Source: an uncultured Clostridia bacterium (GTDB lineage Bacteria > Bacillota_I > Bacilli_A > RF39 > UBA660). Taken from it: a stretch of 64,000 bases of DNA. The translations under genes were made by a program, and so were the position numbers. The notes below the pieces were generated by a model that saw only the letters and a program-made list of their open reading frames with translations, searched no databases and was not told the origin of the DNA. The stretch covers positions 10,217 through 74,216 of the forward strand of contig CAMBUO010000005.1 of NCBI GenBank assembly GCA_945871105.1. Reading direction: 5' to 3'. The first letter of the stretch is position 1; each line of letters opens with the position of its first letter. This document shows positions 1 through 10,268 of this stretch, piece by piece.

Positions 1-107
1 ACATAAATTAGGATCTTTTTCAAATAGAAGATGAAAGAATAGTAAACTATGTAGAATCTAATAATTTATTGTAAAAATAATAAAAAAAATACGTTTACAC
101 GTATATT

Positions 108-371
108 TTATTCCATACCATTAACAGATTTAGTTAAACGAGATTTTAATCTAGCTGCTTTATTAGGATGTACAATATTAATATCTTGAGCTTTATCAAT
201 ATTTTTGAAAGTAGTTTTTAAAAGTTCTTGACTTTCTTCTTTCTTACCTTCTTTAATAGTTTTTTCTAATTTTTTAATAGAATTTTTCATTCTTGAATCT
301 ACTAAAATATTTTCTTGGCATTTTCTTTCACTTGTTAATACTCTTTTTTTAGCACTCTTAATGTTTGGCAT
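108..371 (-). CDS. rpsT: 30S ribosomal protein S20
   Basis: The ORF contains the S20-type N-terminus MPNIKSAKKRV. A GGTGA RBS precedes the internal ATG at 371, so the start was trimmed from 395. It is divergent from gpr, as in Bacillus. Confidence 0.9.
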   Translation of the reverse strand: MPNIKSAKKRVLTSERKCQENILVDSRMKNSIKKLEKTIKEGKKEESQELLKTTFKNIDKAQDINIVHPNKAARLKSRLTKSVNGME

Positions 372-478
372 TTTTTCACCTCTTTTCAAAATCACTACTA
401 TAATAGCAAAAAATAGGGTTAAAAGTCAATAATATTAGTATTTTTTTTAAAATTATCCATACTATTTGTGGTGATAAT

Positions 479-1471
479 ATGCATGAAATAGATTTAAGTA
501 AATATAATATTCGATCAGATTTAATAATTGAAAATAATTTTAAAAAATATTTACAAGATAGTTATACGGAAAATAATATTCAAGTTGATTATGTTAAGTT
601 AAATAAAAATAATATTTTAAATAAAACAGAAGGTGATTATATAACTATTAGCTTTGAAGATATAACGGATAAAACTAATTTTTCTAATGTTTTAAGTATT
701 TTAAATAAAGAATTAAAAAGAATATTAAAATTAACTAATATAAAACCTGATGATAAAGTATTAATAGTTGGACTTGGAAATAATAAATCAACTCCTGATT
801 CTTTAGGATATGAAGTATTAAAAAATATTACTGTTACAAGACATTTATTTATATTAGATAAAGTAGAGGGATATCGAAATATATCTATTTTAGAACCTAA
901 TGTTTTTGGTAATACAGGGATAGAATCTCAAGATATAATTATGGGAGTTGTTAAAGAAACTAAACCAGATTTTATAATAGCAATTGATTCTTTAGCAGCT
1001 TTTAGTATTGATCGAATGCAAAGAACTATTCAAATAACAAATACCGGTATCTCACCAGGATCTGGTATAGGTAATAATCGAGGAGAAATATCTAAAAATA
1101 TTTTAAAAATACCTGTTATTGCTATAGGTGTTCCAACTGTTGTTTCTAGTATTGTTATTGTCAATGATACTTTAAAATTTTTAACTAAAAAAATAAGTTA
1201 CCATAAGAAAAATCATCAAAAAGATAAATTAGTTATTAATAGTACTTTAAATTATTTAAATGAAAAAGATGATTTATCTAAAGAAGAAAAAAAAGATCTT
1301 TTGGGGATAATTGGAACACTAGATGAAGTAACTTTAAAAGATTTGATTTATGAAGTTTTAAATCCCATTGGTTATAATTTAATAGTTACTACGAAAGAAA
1401 TAGATTATTTAGTTGAAAAATTTGGAAAATTAATTTCTGAAGCGTTAAATATCAGTTTAAACGATTTATAA
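479..1471 (+). CDS. gpr: Spore germination protease (GPR endopeptidase)
   Basis: The 330-aa length and layout fit GPR, including the IIAIDSLAA and GISPGSG(I)GN segments. It lies next to rpsT. Confidence 0.8.
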   Translation: MHEIDLSKYNIRSDLIIENNFKKYLQDSYTENNIQVDYVKLNKNNILNKTEGDYITISFEDITDKTNFSNVLSILNKELKRILKLTNIKPDDKVLIVGLGNNKSTPDSLGYEVLKNITVTRHLFILDKVEGYRNISILEPNVFGNTGIESQDIIMGVVKETKPDFIIAIDSLAAFSIDRMQRTIQITNTGISPGSGIGNNRGEISKNILKIPVIAIGVPTVVSSIVIVNDTLKFLTKKISYHKKNHQKDKLVINSTLNYLNEKDDLSKEEKKDLLGIIGTLDEVTLKDLIYEVLNPIGYNLIVTTKEIDYLVEKFGKLISEALNISLNDL

Positions 1472-1540
1472 TATTTTTCTTGACAATATTTGATTTCATA
1501 TTATAATATTAATGAATAAAAAGAAATAGGAGTAATTTTT

Positions 1541-2161
1541 ATGGGTGTATTGAAAGCAAACATTGTTTTAACTGGTGGTCCATGTGCTGGTAAAACAACA
1601 ACAATTGCAAAAGTAAAAGAAGATTTGGAAAATTTAGGTTATCATGTTTTACTTTTAAATGAATGTGCTACAGAGGTAATTAATGGAGGGATTAGACCTT
1701 TTGGTGACAATCAAGTAAGTGTTTTTGATTTTCAAAATGAAGTTTTGAATTTACAATTATTCAAAGAAAAAAGATATCTTGATATAATAGATAAATTACC
1801 AGAAGATACTAATTGTATCATTTTATCTGATCGAGGAATCATGGATAGTAAAGCTTATCTTGGAAGTGAATTATTTACTAAGTTATTAGATCAAAATAAT
1901 TTAAAAGAAGAAGATTTAGGGCATCAATATGATATGATTATTCATTTAGTAACTGTTGCTACTAATAATCAAAACAAATATAATACGAGTACTAATTCAG
2001 CAAGATTTGAAGAAGATATTGATGAAGTTATTGATTTAGATCGAAGAACTAATGAAGTTTGGCAAAAACATAAAAATTTAAAAAGAGTTGAAGCAACCGG
2101 AACAATTGAAGAAAAGATAGAAAAAGTAATTGACATAATTCATGATTATTTAGAGATATAA
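1541..2161 (+). CDS. P-loop NTPase (AAA_28/NadR-like ATPase)
   Basis: There is an N-terminal Walker A motif, GGPCAGKTT, and the ORF is compact at 206 aa. The specific function is not recognisable. Confidence 0.45.
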   Translation: MGVLKANIVLTGGPCAGKTTTIAKVKEDLENLGYHVLLLNECATEVINGGIRPFGDNQVSVFDFQNEVLNLQLFKEKRYLDIIDKLPEDTNCIILSDRGIMDSKAYLGSELFTKLLDQNNLKEEDLGHQYDMIIHLVTVATNNQNKYNTSTNSARFEEDIDEVIDLDRRTNEVWQKHKNLKRVEATGTIEEKIEKVIDIIHDYLEI

Positions 2162-2213
2162 TCTCTTTTTTTGATTGACAAGATGTTAAATAGGTTGATA
2201 TTATATAGTAAAT

Positions 2214-2996
2214 ATGTTGAAAAAATTCTCAAGTTGGGTGGAAAGGAAAATAATTAGTATGGAAATTTTAAGTTATAATCCAAAGAGTTTAAAAGATGTT
2301 ATAGATGAAGGAAAATTAATCAGTGAAGCTGGCTTTTCAGGTGCTGTTTTTTTACATGGTAGTAATTTAATTAAATTAGATCAACGTTTATATCATTATT
2401 TGAAAATAAATTCCAAAACATTTGCTAATAGTGTTTTTAAAGATCGATATTTGTTTGATAAAGAACCTTTTGTTGCAAGGGAACAAATTGAGTATCTTCA
2501 AAGTAAACAAAAAGATGTTCGTTTAACAGAATTTGATAAAGGAATCGTTTTAGTTAAAGATAGAATATGTGGAGTTATTTTAGAACCTCATTTAGATTAT
2601 CATGATTTAACTAATTCTAAGATAGAAAATCCAAGAATAATTTTAAAAATTTTAAGAAATATTTTAGCAGCTATTCGTGAATTAGAATTAAATGAAATTA
2701 GTCATTTAGATTTAGCTAAAGGAGAGAAGGGAAAAGAACCAACTTTAAATATTCTTCATAAAGATGAAAATATTAAATTATGTGATTTAAGTGGTAAATA
2801 TATTACTTATGGGGATAAATTTAATCCTCAAGCAATGTATCAAGAATATGCTATGGTAATTAGAATTTTATTAAAGAAAATTAAAGATAAATTTCCAAAT
2901 TATTTATCTTTAGTTAATGAATTGGGTCTAGAATCTCTAGTTAATTATGACCAAGCTGAAGACGCTTTAGATGTATTAAATGAATTTACAAGATAG
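2214..2996 (+). CDS. Hypothetical protein, possibly with a protein-kinase-like fold
   Basis: The segment SHLDLAKGEKGKEPTLNILHKDENIKLCDLSG resembles a kinase catalytic loop (HxDL...N) followed by a DFG-like DLS motif, with an insertion. The start could instead be the ATG at 2259, which follows a GGAAAGGAAA RBS. Confidence 0.3.
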   Translation: MLKKFSSWVERKIISMEILSYNPKSLKDVIDEGKLISEAGFSGAVFLHGSNLIKLDQRLYHYLKINSKTFANSVFKDRYLFDKEPFVAREQIEYLQSKQKDVRLTEFDKGIVLVKDRICGVILEPHLDYHDLTNSKIENPRIILKILRNILAAIRELELNEISHLDLAKGEKGKEPTLNILHKDENIKLCDLSGKYITYGDKFNPQAMYQEYAMVIRILLKKIKDKFPNYLSLVNELGLESLVNYDQAEDALDVLNEFTR

Positions 2997-3104
2997 TAAA
3001 TTCTTTTAGTTTACAAAAATATTTTGACAAATTGCTTTAAATATGGTATAATATGACCACTTAATGTATTAGCAGAATAATGTGAAAAAATAGGAGGTAT
3101 ATTT

Positions 3105-3974
3105 ATGAATATTGAAGAGTTTAATCGAAGAAAACAAGTTCAATTAATTAATAACATTATGAATTGTCATGGTGATTATCAACTTGTTTGTATTGATGTT
3201 GATGATGTTATGTATAATACAGATGCTATTATGCAAGAAATATTAGCTAGTATTGATGCTAGAGCTACCAAAGAGTATCGTGGAGAAATATCAAGAGAAA
3301 CTTCAGAGGATTCTTTAGCTGAGAGTCAAAAGTCGTTTGCTATTTTAGATGCCATATTAGAAGAATATCCATATTTAGAAGAACCAGAAAATGGAATAAA
3401 AAAAGTTAATAATTATCCAAAAATTGATTATTCAAAAATATATAAACCAGAAAATTTAATACCAGGTTCAATAGAAGCAGTAAATCATATGTTAGAAACG
3501 AGAGAAAAAAATTATTTCTTTATTTATTTATCTCATCGTAATCCCGAACGTGAAGGATTAGAAAAGATGTTACAATTATATAAACTCACACCAAAAATAG
3601 ATGCAATTCTTACTCTACCTTATCATATTGAAGTAGGTAGCAAAGAAGTCAGTAGTAAGGGAGCTTGGGTAAAACAAAGTTTAGCCTTAGATAATCTTAA
3701 TAATTGTATTTTAATTGATAATAGTAAGAGTAATTGTAAAGAGTGGAGAAAACAAGGCGGTATCGACATAAGATATTTAACAACAGGATTTAAAACCATA
3801 GAAGATTATGAACATCCAGAAGATTATCATTATAATTTAGAAGATCATCTTTTAAGACTTCCATCATTAGATCCGTATGCTATTCAATTTGCATTATCTT
3901 GTATAAGATATATTCGTGAAAATCCAAATTATTTAGATACTATAAATGATAATCAAAAAGTGTTAAGAAAATAA
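3105..3974 (+). CDS. HAD-like hydrolase (possible 5'(3')-nucleotidase type)
   Basis: CIDVDDVMYNT resembles HAD motif I (DxDxV/T). The late ILIDNSKSN segment resembles motif IV. Confidence 0.35.
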   Translation: MNIEEFNRRKQVQLINNIMNCHGDYQLVCIDVDDVMYNTDAIMQEILASIDARATKEYRGEISRETSEDSLAESQKSFAILDAILEEYPYLEEPENGIKKVNNYPKIDYSKIYKPENLIPGSIEAVNHMLETREKNYFFIYLSHRNPEREGLEKMLQLYKLTPKIDAILTLPYHIEVGSKEVSSKGAWVKQSLALDNLNNCILIDNSKSNCKEWRKQGGIDIRYLTTGFKTIEDYEHPEDYHYNLEDHLLRLPSLDPYAIQFALSCIRYIRENPNYLDTINDNQKVLRK

Positions 3975-3994
3975 GTATTATTTAGGGAGGTTTT

Positions 3995-4612
3995 ATGTAT
4001 TATTCTTATTTAACAAAATTAATTGAAGAGTATAAAAGAGCTAGAAATATTGAAAAGTTTAATTATTTTGATGCAAATCAAAATGCAATGTTTCGTGAAT
4101 GGTTAAAAGATTTAAAATTAAGTAGTTTTCGTTATCGTAGTGTCCTTGAAAATTTAAAGATTATGGATAATTTTGATGATGTTGTAGAATTTGGTAAAGG
4201 AGAAGAAGATACTGTTACTTTACAAAAAGATAATGCAATTTTAGTAACGCCATATGCTAATTCATTTGAAAATGTTGGTAATCGTATTTTAATTAAAAAT
4301 GAATCAGTTGATGTTTTTGATAAAGTAGAGGTTACTTTAGAAAAAAATAAAGGTAAATTAGCTATTTATCCTCCAACTTATTTCTTAATTCAAAATCCTA
4401 CTGAAAAAGGAGAAATATTAACTTATAATTTAATTCGTCATGGTAATCCTGTTTGTTTTGGAATATATGGTTCACATTATGATCATGATTATAATAATAA
4501 ATTAGAAACTTTTCAAACTTTAGTTAATACATCTTATCAACCACTTGAAATTGAAGAATATAAAGATTTAGAAACTAAGGGTGTTGTTGCCTATACCAAA
4601 AAAAGAAGATAA
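3995..4612 (+). CDS. Hypothetical protein
   Basis: A long ORF with a GGGAGG RBS upstream. No motif was recognised. Confidence 0.4.
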   Translation: MYYSYLTKLIEEYKRARNIEKFNYFDANQNAMFREWLKDLKLSSFRYRSVLENLKIMDNFDDVVEFGKGEEDTVTLQKDNAILVTPYANSFENVGNRILIKNESVDVFDKVEVTLEKNKGKLAIYPPTYFLIQNPTEKGEILTYNLIRHGNPVCFGIYGSHYDHDYNNKLETFQTLVNTSYQPLEIEEYKDLETKGVVAYTKKRR

Positions 4613-4633
4613 TTATAAAATCTTCTTTTTATA

Positions 4634-4921
4634 TTAGTAATAAATATTAGTATTAGAATATGGTGGATAATAAGGCATTGGTTGAGGTGGGAAATATACA
4701 GGAATTGGACCTTGTTGGTAATTAGGACGACCAAGTAAGTAACCACCAACTCCACCTAAAAGAAATGGGGCTAAAAAACCTCCACCAATAAAACGATCAC
4801 CATTATTATAATAAGTAGTTGGATAATTATAATTCATTCCATAATCAAATGAATTTTCAGAATTTCGATAATTTCTTTGATAATTACATTTATTTTGTGG
4901 TATATTATAATTAGTATACAT
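4634..4921 (-). CDS. Small Tyr/Asn/Pro-rich protein with a central Gly-rich hydrophobic segment
   Basis: A 95-aa ORF with an AAGGAG RBS. The composition is dominated by Y, N and P around GGGFLAPFLLGGVGGYLLG. It is reminiscent of Tyr-rich spore coat or membrane peptides. Confidence 0.45.
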   Translation of the reverse strand: MYTNYNIPQNKCNYQRNYRNSENSFDYGMNYNYPTTYYNNGDRFIGGGFLAPFLLGGVGGYLLGRPNYQQGPIPVYFPPQPMPYYPPYSNTNIYY

Positions 4922-4968
4922 AAAATACTCCTTTCCAAGATATTTTATGTATTTAGAAAGGATTAGTT

Positions 4969-6066
4969 ATGGAAAGAATTAAAAAATTAAGTGAAACAAT
5001 TGTTAATCATAGTTTAAAAATAAAAGAAAAAGAAAAGGTTTTGATAACTTATCAAGCCAATGAAGCAAGAAATTTAGTCGAATCATTAGTAAAAGAAATA
5101 TTAAAGAAAAAAGCTGTTCCTACTATTAAATTTATTGATCCAGAAATTAGTAACTTAATTAAAGAAAGTTTAACTGATGAAATAATTGAAAATAAGAAAA
5201 ATATTTTTAAATTTGAAGTAAATGAATATGATGCTTTTATTCAAATACGTTATACTACTAGTGATTATTATGATCAAAATGTTGATAAAGAATTAAATAA
5301 TAAATTAAAAAACGCTTTAAGTCCATATAAAGATATTCAAATAAATAAAAGAAAATGGGTTTTATTAAATTATCCAAGTGTAGTTGATGCTTATAAAGCT
5401 AAAATGAGTTACCATGATTTTTCTAATTTTGCTTTAGATACTATGACAGCTGATTATGATAAAATGTATCAAGATATGTTACCTTTAAAAAAATTAATGG
5501 AAAAAACTGATAAAGTTAGAATTGTTGGGAAAAATACCGATATTACATTTAGTATTAAAGGTTTACCTGCTATTATTTGTTCAGGAGAAGCAAATATTCC
5601 AGATGGAGAAGTATTTACAGCTCCTGTTAAAAATAGTGTTAATGGAATAATTACTTATAATACTCCATCTCCTTATAATGGTTATATTTTTGAAAATGTT
5701 AGTTTAACATTTAAAGATGGAAAAATTATTAAAGCTACTTGTAAAGAAAATGAAGATAAATTAAATGAAATATTTGATACCGATAAAGGTAGTCGTTATG
5801 TTGGAGAATTTTCATTTGGTTTAAATCCTAAAATCATGAATCCTATAGGTGATATTTTATATGATGAAAAAATAGCTGGTAGTATTCATTTTACCCCAGG
5901 ATCTGCTTATAAAGAATGTTATAACGGCAATGATTCTAATATTCATTGGGATATGGTTTTAATACAAAGAAGTGATTATGGTGGAGGAGAAATATACTTT
6001 GATAATAAATTAATTCGTAAAGATGGTAAATTTGTTCTTGATGAACTAAAAAACTTAAATTATTAA
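4969..6066 (+). CDS. ampS: Aminopeptidase, M29 (AmpS/PepS) family
   Basis: The 365-aa length, the N-terminal architecture and the C-terminal GxxHFTPG and HWD segments are typical of M29 thermophilic-type aminopeptidases. Confidence 0.7.
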   Translation: MERIKKLSETIVNHSLKIKEKEKVLITYQANEARNLVESLVKEILKKKAVPTIKFIDPEISNLIKESLTDEIIENKKNIFKFEVNEYDAFIQIRYTTSDYYDQNVDKELNNKLKNALSPYKDIQINKRKWVLLNYPSVVDAYKAKMSYHDFSNFALDTMTADYDKMYQDMLPLKKLMEKTDKVRIVGKNTDITFSIKGLPAIICSGEANIPDGEVFTAPVKNSVNGIITYNTPSPYNGYIFENVSLTFKDGKIIKATCKENEDKLNEIFDTDKGSRYVGEFSFGLNPKIMNPIGDILYDEKIAGSIHFTPGSAYKECYNGNDSNIHWDMVLIQRSDYGGGEIYFDNKLIRKDGKFVLDELKNLNY

Positions 6067-6159
6067 ATTTCATTCTTTTGGAGTGAAATTTTTTTAAACC
6101 ATTTTGTCAAACTAATTGTTATTTATTCTTTTCTATGCTATATTATTCATGAGGTTTAT

Positions 6160-6609
6160 ATGAAAGAATATTTTAAAAAAGCTATTGAAGTAGCAAATAT
6201 TGGGGTTTTAAATAAAGAAGGTGGCCCCTTTGGAGCCATTGTAGTTAAAGATAATAAAATTGTTGGTGTTGGTAACAATAAAGTATTAAAGAATAATGAT
6301 CCAACAGCTCATGCTGAAGTAGTAGCTATTCGGGATGCTTGTTCTAACTTACATACCTACGATTTAACGGGATGTATTATTTATTCAACAAGTGAACCAT
6401 GTCCTATGTGTTTATCAGCTATCATTTGGGCAAATATAAAAGAAGTTTATTATGTGACAACTAGAGAAGAAGTAGGTCAAATCGGTTTTCGTGATGATTT
6501 AATCTATGATTATTTAGAAAATAAAAATCATGATATTATCAAACTATATCATGTTGAAAATAGCGATTGTAATGAATTATTAAGTAATTATAAAAATACT
6601 ATTTATTAG
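6160..6609 (+). CDS. guaD: Guanine deaminase-like CDA-fold nucleoside deaminase
   Basis: It carries the zinc motifs HAEV and PCPMC. It is collinear along its length with my recollection of B. subtilis GuaD (GGPFGA(I/V)(V/I)VKD, NDPTAHAE). Confidence 0.65.
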   Translation: MKEYFKKAIEVANIGVLNKEGGPFGAIVVKDNKIVGVGNNKVLKNNDPTAHAEVVAIRDACSNLHTYDLTGCIIYSTSEPCPMCLSAIIWANIKEVYYVTTREEVGQIGFRDDLIYDYLENKNHDIIKLYHVENSDCNELLSNYKNTIY

Positions 6610-6616
6610 GAGGAGT

Positions 6617-7525
6617 ATGGAAAAGTTAAAAGTCAATAAGAACAATTTAAATTTATTAAAAGTTAACTATGCTAAAGCTTTAGAAGATGATACTTTTAAA
6701 ACCTTAGTTGACTCTTTAGAATTAGCTTCTGAAAAAAAGATGAAATATACAACGAGACTTCAAGAAGCTAGCTTGGAAATTAATAATTGTTCTAATTGTT
6801 CTTCTTTATTAAGTTGTAAAAACTCTGTTAAAGGTTTTTGCCTAACTCCAAAAGTTATAAATAATTCTCTTAACTTTTCTTATCAAAAATGTTCTTATCA
6901 AGAAGAAAATGAAAAAGTTAATAAATATTTAAATAATATTTATTATTATGAAGTACCAACAGTTTTAAAAACAGCAAGTTTTAAAAATATTTATAAAGAT
7001 GATGCTAAAAGATTAGAAATAATAAAAAAAATTAAAGCTTTTTATGATAATTATAAAAAAGGTAATTCTGTTAAAGGAATATATTTAAATGGTAATTTTG
7101 GATCAGGTAAATCATATTTAATAGGAGCTTTATTCAATGAACTTGCTAAACTTGATTATCAAAGTGCAATTATTTATTTTCCAGAATTTTTAAGAAGTTT
7201 AAAAGCTAGTTTTAATAGTAGTATTGAATATCAAGAACGTTTTGAATATATAAAAAAAGTTCCACTTTTATTAATTGATGATATCGGTGCTGAGAAGCTA
7301 ACGGATTGGGCAAGAGATGAAATATTAGGTAGTATTTTACAATATCGCATGGATTTTAACTTACCAACATTCTTTACTTCTAATTTAACAATTAATGAAT
7401 TAGAAAATCATTTACAAATAACCAATGGTGTAACTGATAAAGTTAAAGCGAGACGAATCATCGAAAGAATTAAATATTTAACAGATGAAATTACTTTAAT
7501 TAGTATTAATAGAAGGAGTGAATAA
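6617..7525 (+). CDS. dnaI: Primosomal helicase loader DnaI
   Basis: It has an N-terminal Cys-rich region, Walker A GNFGSGKSY and Walker B LLLIDDIGAE. PTFFTSN follows, as in Bacillus DnaI. Confidence 0.8.
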   Translation: MEKLKVNKNNLNLLKVNYAKALEDDTFKTLVDSLELASEKKMKYTTRLQEASLEINNCSNCSSLLSCKNSVKGFCLTPKVINNSLNFSYQKCSYQEENEKVNKYLNNIYYYEVPTVLKTASFKNIYKDDAKRLEIIKKIKAFYDNYKKGNSVKGIYLNGNFGSGKSYLIGALFNELAKLDYQSAIIYFPEFLRSLKASFNSSIEYQERFEYIKKVPLLLIDDIGAEKLTDWARDEILGSILQYRMDFNLPTFFTSNLTINELENHLQITNGVTDKVKARRIIERIKYLTDEITLISINRRSE

Positions 7526-9353
7526 AATGAAAAAGAGTGATTTATTAAGAATAAAGCAAATAATTATGGATAGTAAAGATTATCTATCTTTTAAAAAATC
7601 TTTAAATCTTGATAATAACTCTTTATTTTTATGCTTATTAAATATCTTACAAGAAGCTATTGTTGATTATAATCCCATTAATGATTATGAATATTTAACT
7701 AAAGCAGTTCTTTATTTAAAAAGTATTTATTTAGAATTAAATAAAGCAAAGAGAGATTATTATAAAAAAGATATAAATAACTTAAAAAAAAGCTATAAAA
7801 AATATTATGGTTTTATTGATAGATATGATCAAGAGTATTTTCATTTTGTCTATCAACACTTAGAAAATATATTTACTAATAAAACTAAGGATATATTTTT
7901 AAGTAATCAATATAATAATTTGTATAAATTAATTTATGAAACTATTTTTACTTTTCAAAATTTAGAATATTTAGACTTATTAATGGAAAAAAGTCCTGAT
8001 ATTATTAATTTAAAAGAAAACAATCAATCTCTATTTTTAGAAATAATAAATGAATATATTATTACTTTAAAAGATAATAAGACATCTAAAAGTTTATATT
8101 TTATTCGCGTTATAAATAAATTTATTCATTCAGAAAATCTAAAATTAAGTAATGAAGAAAGAAATGAAATATTACAAATTTTAAATGATTTTCTAAATAG
8201 TTCAATTAAGTTATCAAAAGATGATTTAGATAATTTAAAAAATATTATAGGGTTTATAAAGAATCAATGTGTCTTAGATAATTATAATATTAATTTATCA
8301 GAATATGAGATGCATGATTTTGAATTAGATATTGTTAATCATTTTGATGAGATGGTTAATAATCGTATTAATATAAGAGAAAATATTATCACAATCGATG
8401 ATTCTGATGCAACTGTTTTAGATGATGGTATTTCTATTTTAAAATTAAAAAATGGTCATATTTCTGTTAAAGTTCATATTGCTGATCCTTTAGGTATGTT
8501 TAGTTATAATTCAAGAGTTATTCAAGATGCTAAAGAAAGAACAACAACTATATATGATTTAAATCCACCTGTTCAGATGTTACCTAATATTTTATCAAGT
8601 AATAAGTTATCTTTATTAGAAGGAAAACCAAGATTAGCTAAAACATTTAGTTTTGAATATTCTAAAGATGAAGGAATAGTTTATTTTAAAGTTATTAATA
8701 GTGTTATTACAGTTAATAAAAGAACTAGTTATGATGAAATAAATGAAATATATAAAAAGGGTGGAACCAATGCAAATGAAGAATTAATGTTTGCTTGTTA
8801 TGATGAAATATTAAATTATTTAAAAAAATTCTTTAAGAATGCTAAATTATATGAAGAATTTAAAAGAGGAAATATAATTGGTAATAAACATAAAATGACA
8901 ACTTTTTCGGAAAGTTTAGTTGGTTATTTAATGATGTTTACAGGTTATAAAACAGCTGAATATTTTAGTAATAATGGTTTACCATATGCTTATAGATGTC
9001 ATCAATTTGATCAAAAATGGCAAGATATATTAGATGAATATATGAAAGATCAAAATCCTGAAGATAAAAAAATATTTAAAGATTTAAGAGGAAGATTACC
9101 AAAATCATATTATTCAAGAGATAACATAGGACACATGGGTTTAAAAGTAGATTATTATTCACATATTACTAGTCCTTTAAGAAGATTTTCGGATATTTTA
9201 AATATGCATTGTTTAAATACTTGTTATTTTCAAAGACCAACTGATTATCAATTAAAAAAATTAGAACAAGAAGTTATTAAAACTTGTGAATATATTAATA
9301 TGCAAAGTAATTCAATTGATGAGTATTTAAGTAAAGTTAAAAAGAAAAATTAG
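7518..9353 (+). CDS. RNB-domain (RNase II/R family) exoribonuclease with a long unrecognisable N-terminal region
   Basis: RNB motifs are present: ITIDDSDATVLDDGISI and HMGLKVDYYSHITSPLRRFSDILNMH. The first roughly 280 aa have no recognisable CSD or S1 features. Confidence 0.75.
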   Translation: MNKMKKSDLLRIKQIIMDSKDYLSFKKSLNLDNNSLFLCLLNILQEAIVDYNPINDYEYLTKAVLYLKSIYLELNKAKRDYYKKDINNLKKSYKKYYGFIDRYDQEYFHFVYQHLENIFTNKTKDIFLSNQYNNLYKLIYETIFTFQNLEYLDLLMEKSPDIINLKENNQSLFLEIINEYIITLKDNKTSKSLYFIRVINKFIHSENLKLSNEERNEILQILNDFLNSSIKLSKDDLDNLKNIIGFIKNQCVLDNYNINLSEYEMHDFELDIVNHFDEMVNNRINIRENIITIDDSDATVLDDGISILKLKNGHISVKVHIADPLGMFSYNSRVIQDAKERTTTIYDLNPPVQMLPNILSSNKLSLLEGKPRLAKTFSFEYSKDEGIVYFKVINSVITVNKRTSYDEINEIYKKGGTNANEELMFACYDEILNYLKKFFKNAKLYEEFKRGNIIGNKHKMTTFSESLVGYLMMFTGYKTAEYFSNNGLPYAYRCHQFDQKWQDILDEYMKDQNPEDKKIFKDLRGRLPKSYYSRDNIGHMGLKVDYYSHITSPLRRFSDILNMHCLNTCYFQRPTDYQLKKLEQEVIKTCEYINMQSNSIDEYLSKVKKKN

Positions 9354-9755
9354 ATTATTATGGACATGGTGATTTATTAGTTAAAGTGTCCTATTGAAAT
9401 TTAAATACATAATATATACTATAATTTTTACTTAAAGGGATAAGGCAACACTGAGAAGTAATATGAGTATTTAAGCACTGGGAAACGTAGCATTTGCCCA
9501 ATGTTATTAACTTAATAATATAGTTAGAGAATCATATGTAAATGTCAATCTTTTTGTAAACTTCAATTTTATTAATTGTAAAATTTATGTAAAATGAAAT
9601 TTTTTCTTTTTATACCATTGACATACATATATATACATATAATAATCCTTAGAAAGGAGAGAAAATGGAAACTCAAAAGAAAAACAAAAATGTTTTATTA
9701 GTGATTTTAATAATTTTGGTACTTGGTTTAGGAGGTTTTATTCTCTATGATAAAG
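8968..9755 (+). repeat. Copy 1 of a direct tandem duplication (offset 1301 bp)
   Basis: 8968..9683 is repeated at 10269..10984. I saw only four mismatches, all within the first roughly 60 bp. Weaker similarity continues to about 9755. Confidence 0.9.
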
Positions 9756-10261
9756 TATTAAAAGATAATAAACCTACTGAAGAAATTGACGTAAATAATA
9801 ATTTAAGTAATAGTTATGAATTATTTGCTAAAAATTTAAAAAGTCAGTTTTCAAAATATGATATTAATAATAAAAATTATTTATCTGTAGATAGTGTGAT
9901 TGTTGGTAGTTTTGAAGTTTATTTGACTGAAGAACAAGATTTAATTATAAACTATTTTAATAAAGAATTAGATGATATATTTGGTAATTATAAAATAGCC
10001 GATCATGTTTTAAGTTTTAATATTATACCAACAGGACAAGGTGGGGGACATACTTTATATTTTATAAATGAAGATGGAACAGTAGGAAGTGCTGATATAG
10101 AATATTGGGTAACTGAAAGAAAACAAATTCAAGTAAAAAAAGATTTAGGTTTTAAGAATATAGTTAACATCACTGGTGGAACTTTTGGAGAATATAGTGG
10201 TGCTCGTGCTCCTATTTTTATTGATATTAACGGAAATATTTTTAGTGAAAACTTAAAATAA
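9665..10261 (+). CDS. N-terminally membrane-anchored secreted protein, paralog A
   Basis: A signal anchor METQKKNKNVLLVILIILVLGLGGFILYD follows an AAAGGAGAG RBS. A TTGACA-type promoter lies just upstream. Confidence 0.6.
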   Translation: METQKKNKNVLLVILIILVLGLGGFILYDKVLKDNKPTEEIDVNNNLSNSYELFAKNLKSQFSKYDINNKNYLSVDSVIVGSFEVYLTEEQDLIINYFNKELDDIFGNYKIADHVLSFNIIPTGQGGGHTLYFINEDGTVGSADIEYWVTERKQIQVKKDLGFKNIVNITGGTFGEYSGARAPIFIDINGNIFSENLK

Positions 10262-10268
10262 AATCATT

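Noticed and set aside
9421-9500. A riboswitch or known sRNA in the duplicated intergenic region.
   Set aside because: I could not match it to any riboswitch consensus I know, and the hairpins are short. It is mentioned only as a possibility within the duplication finding.
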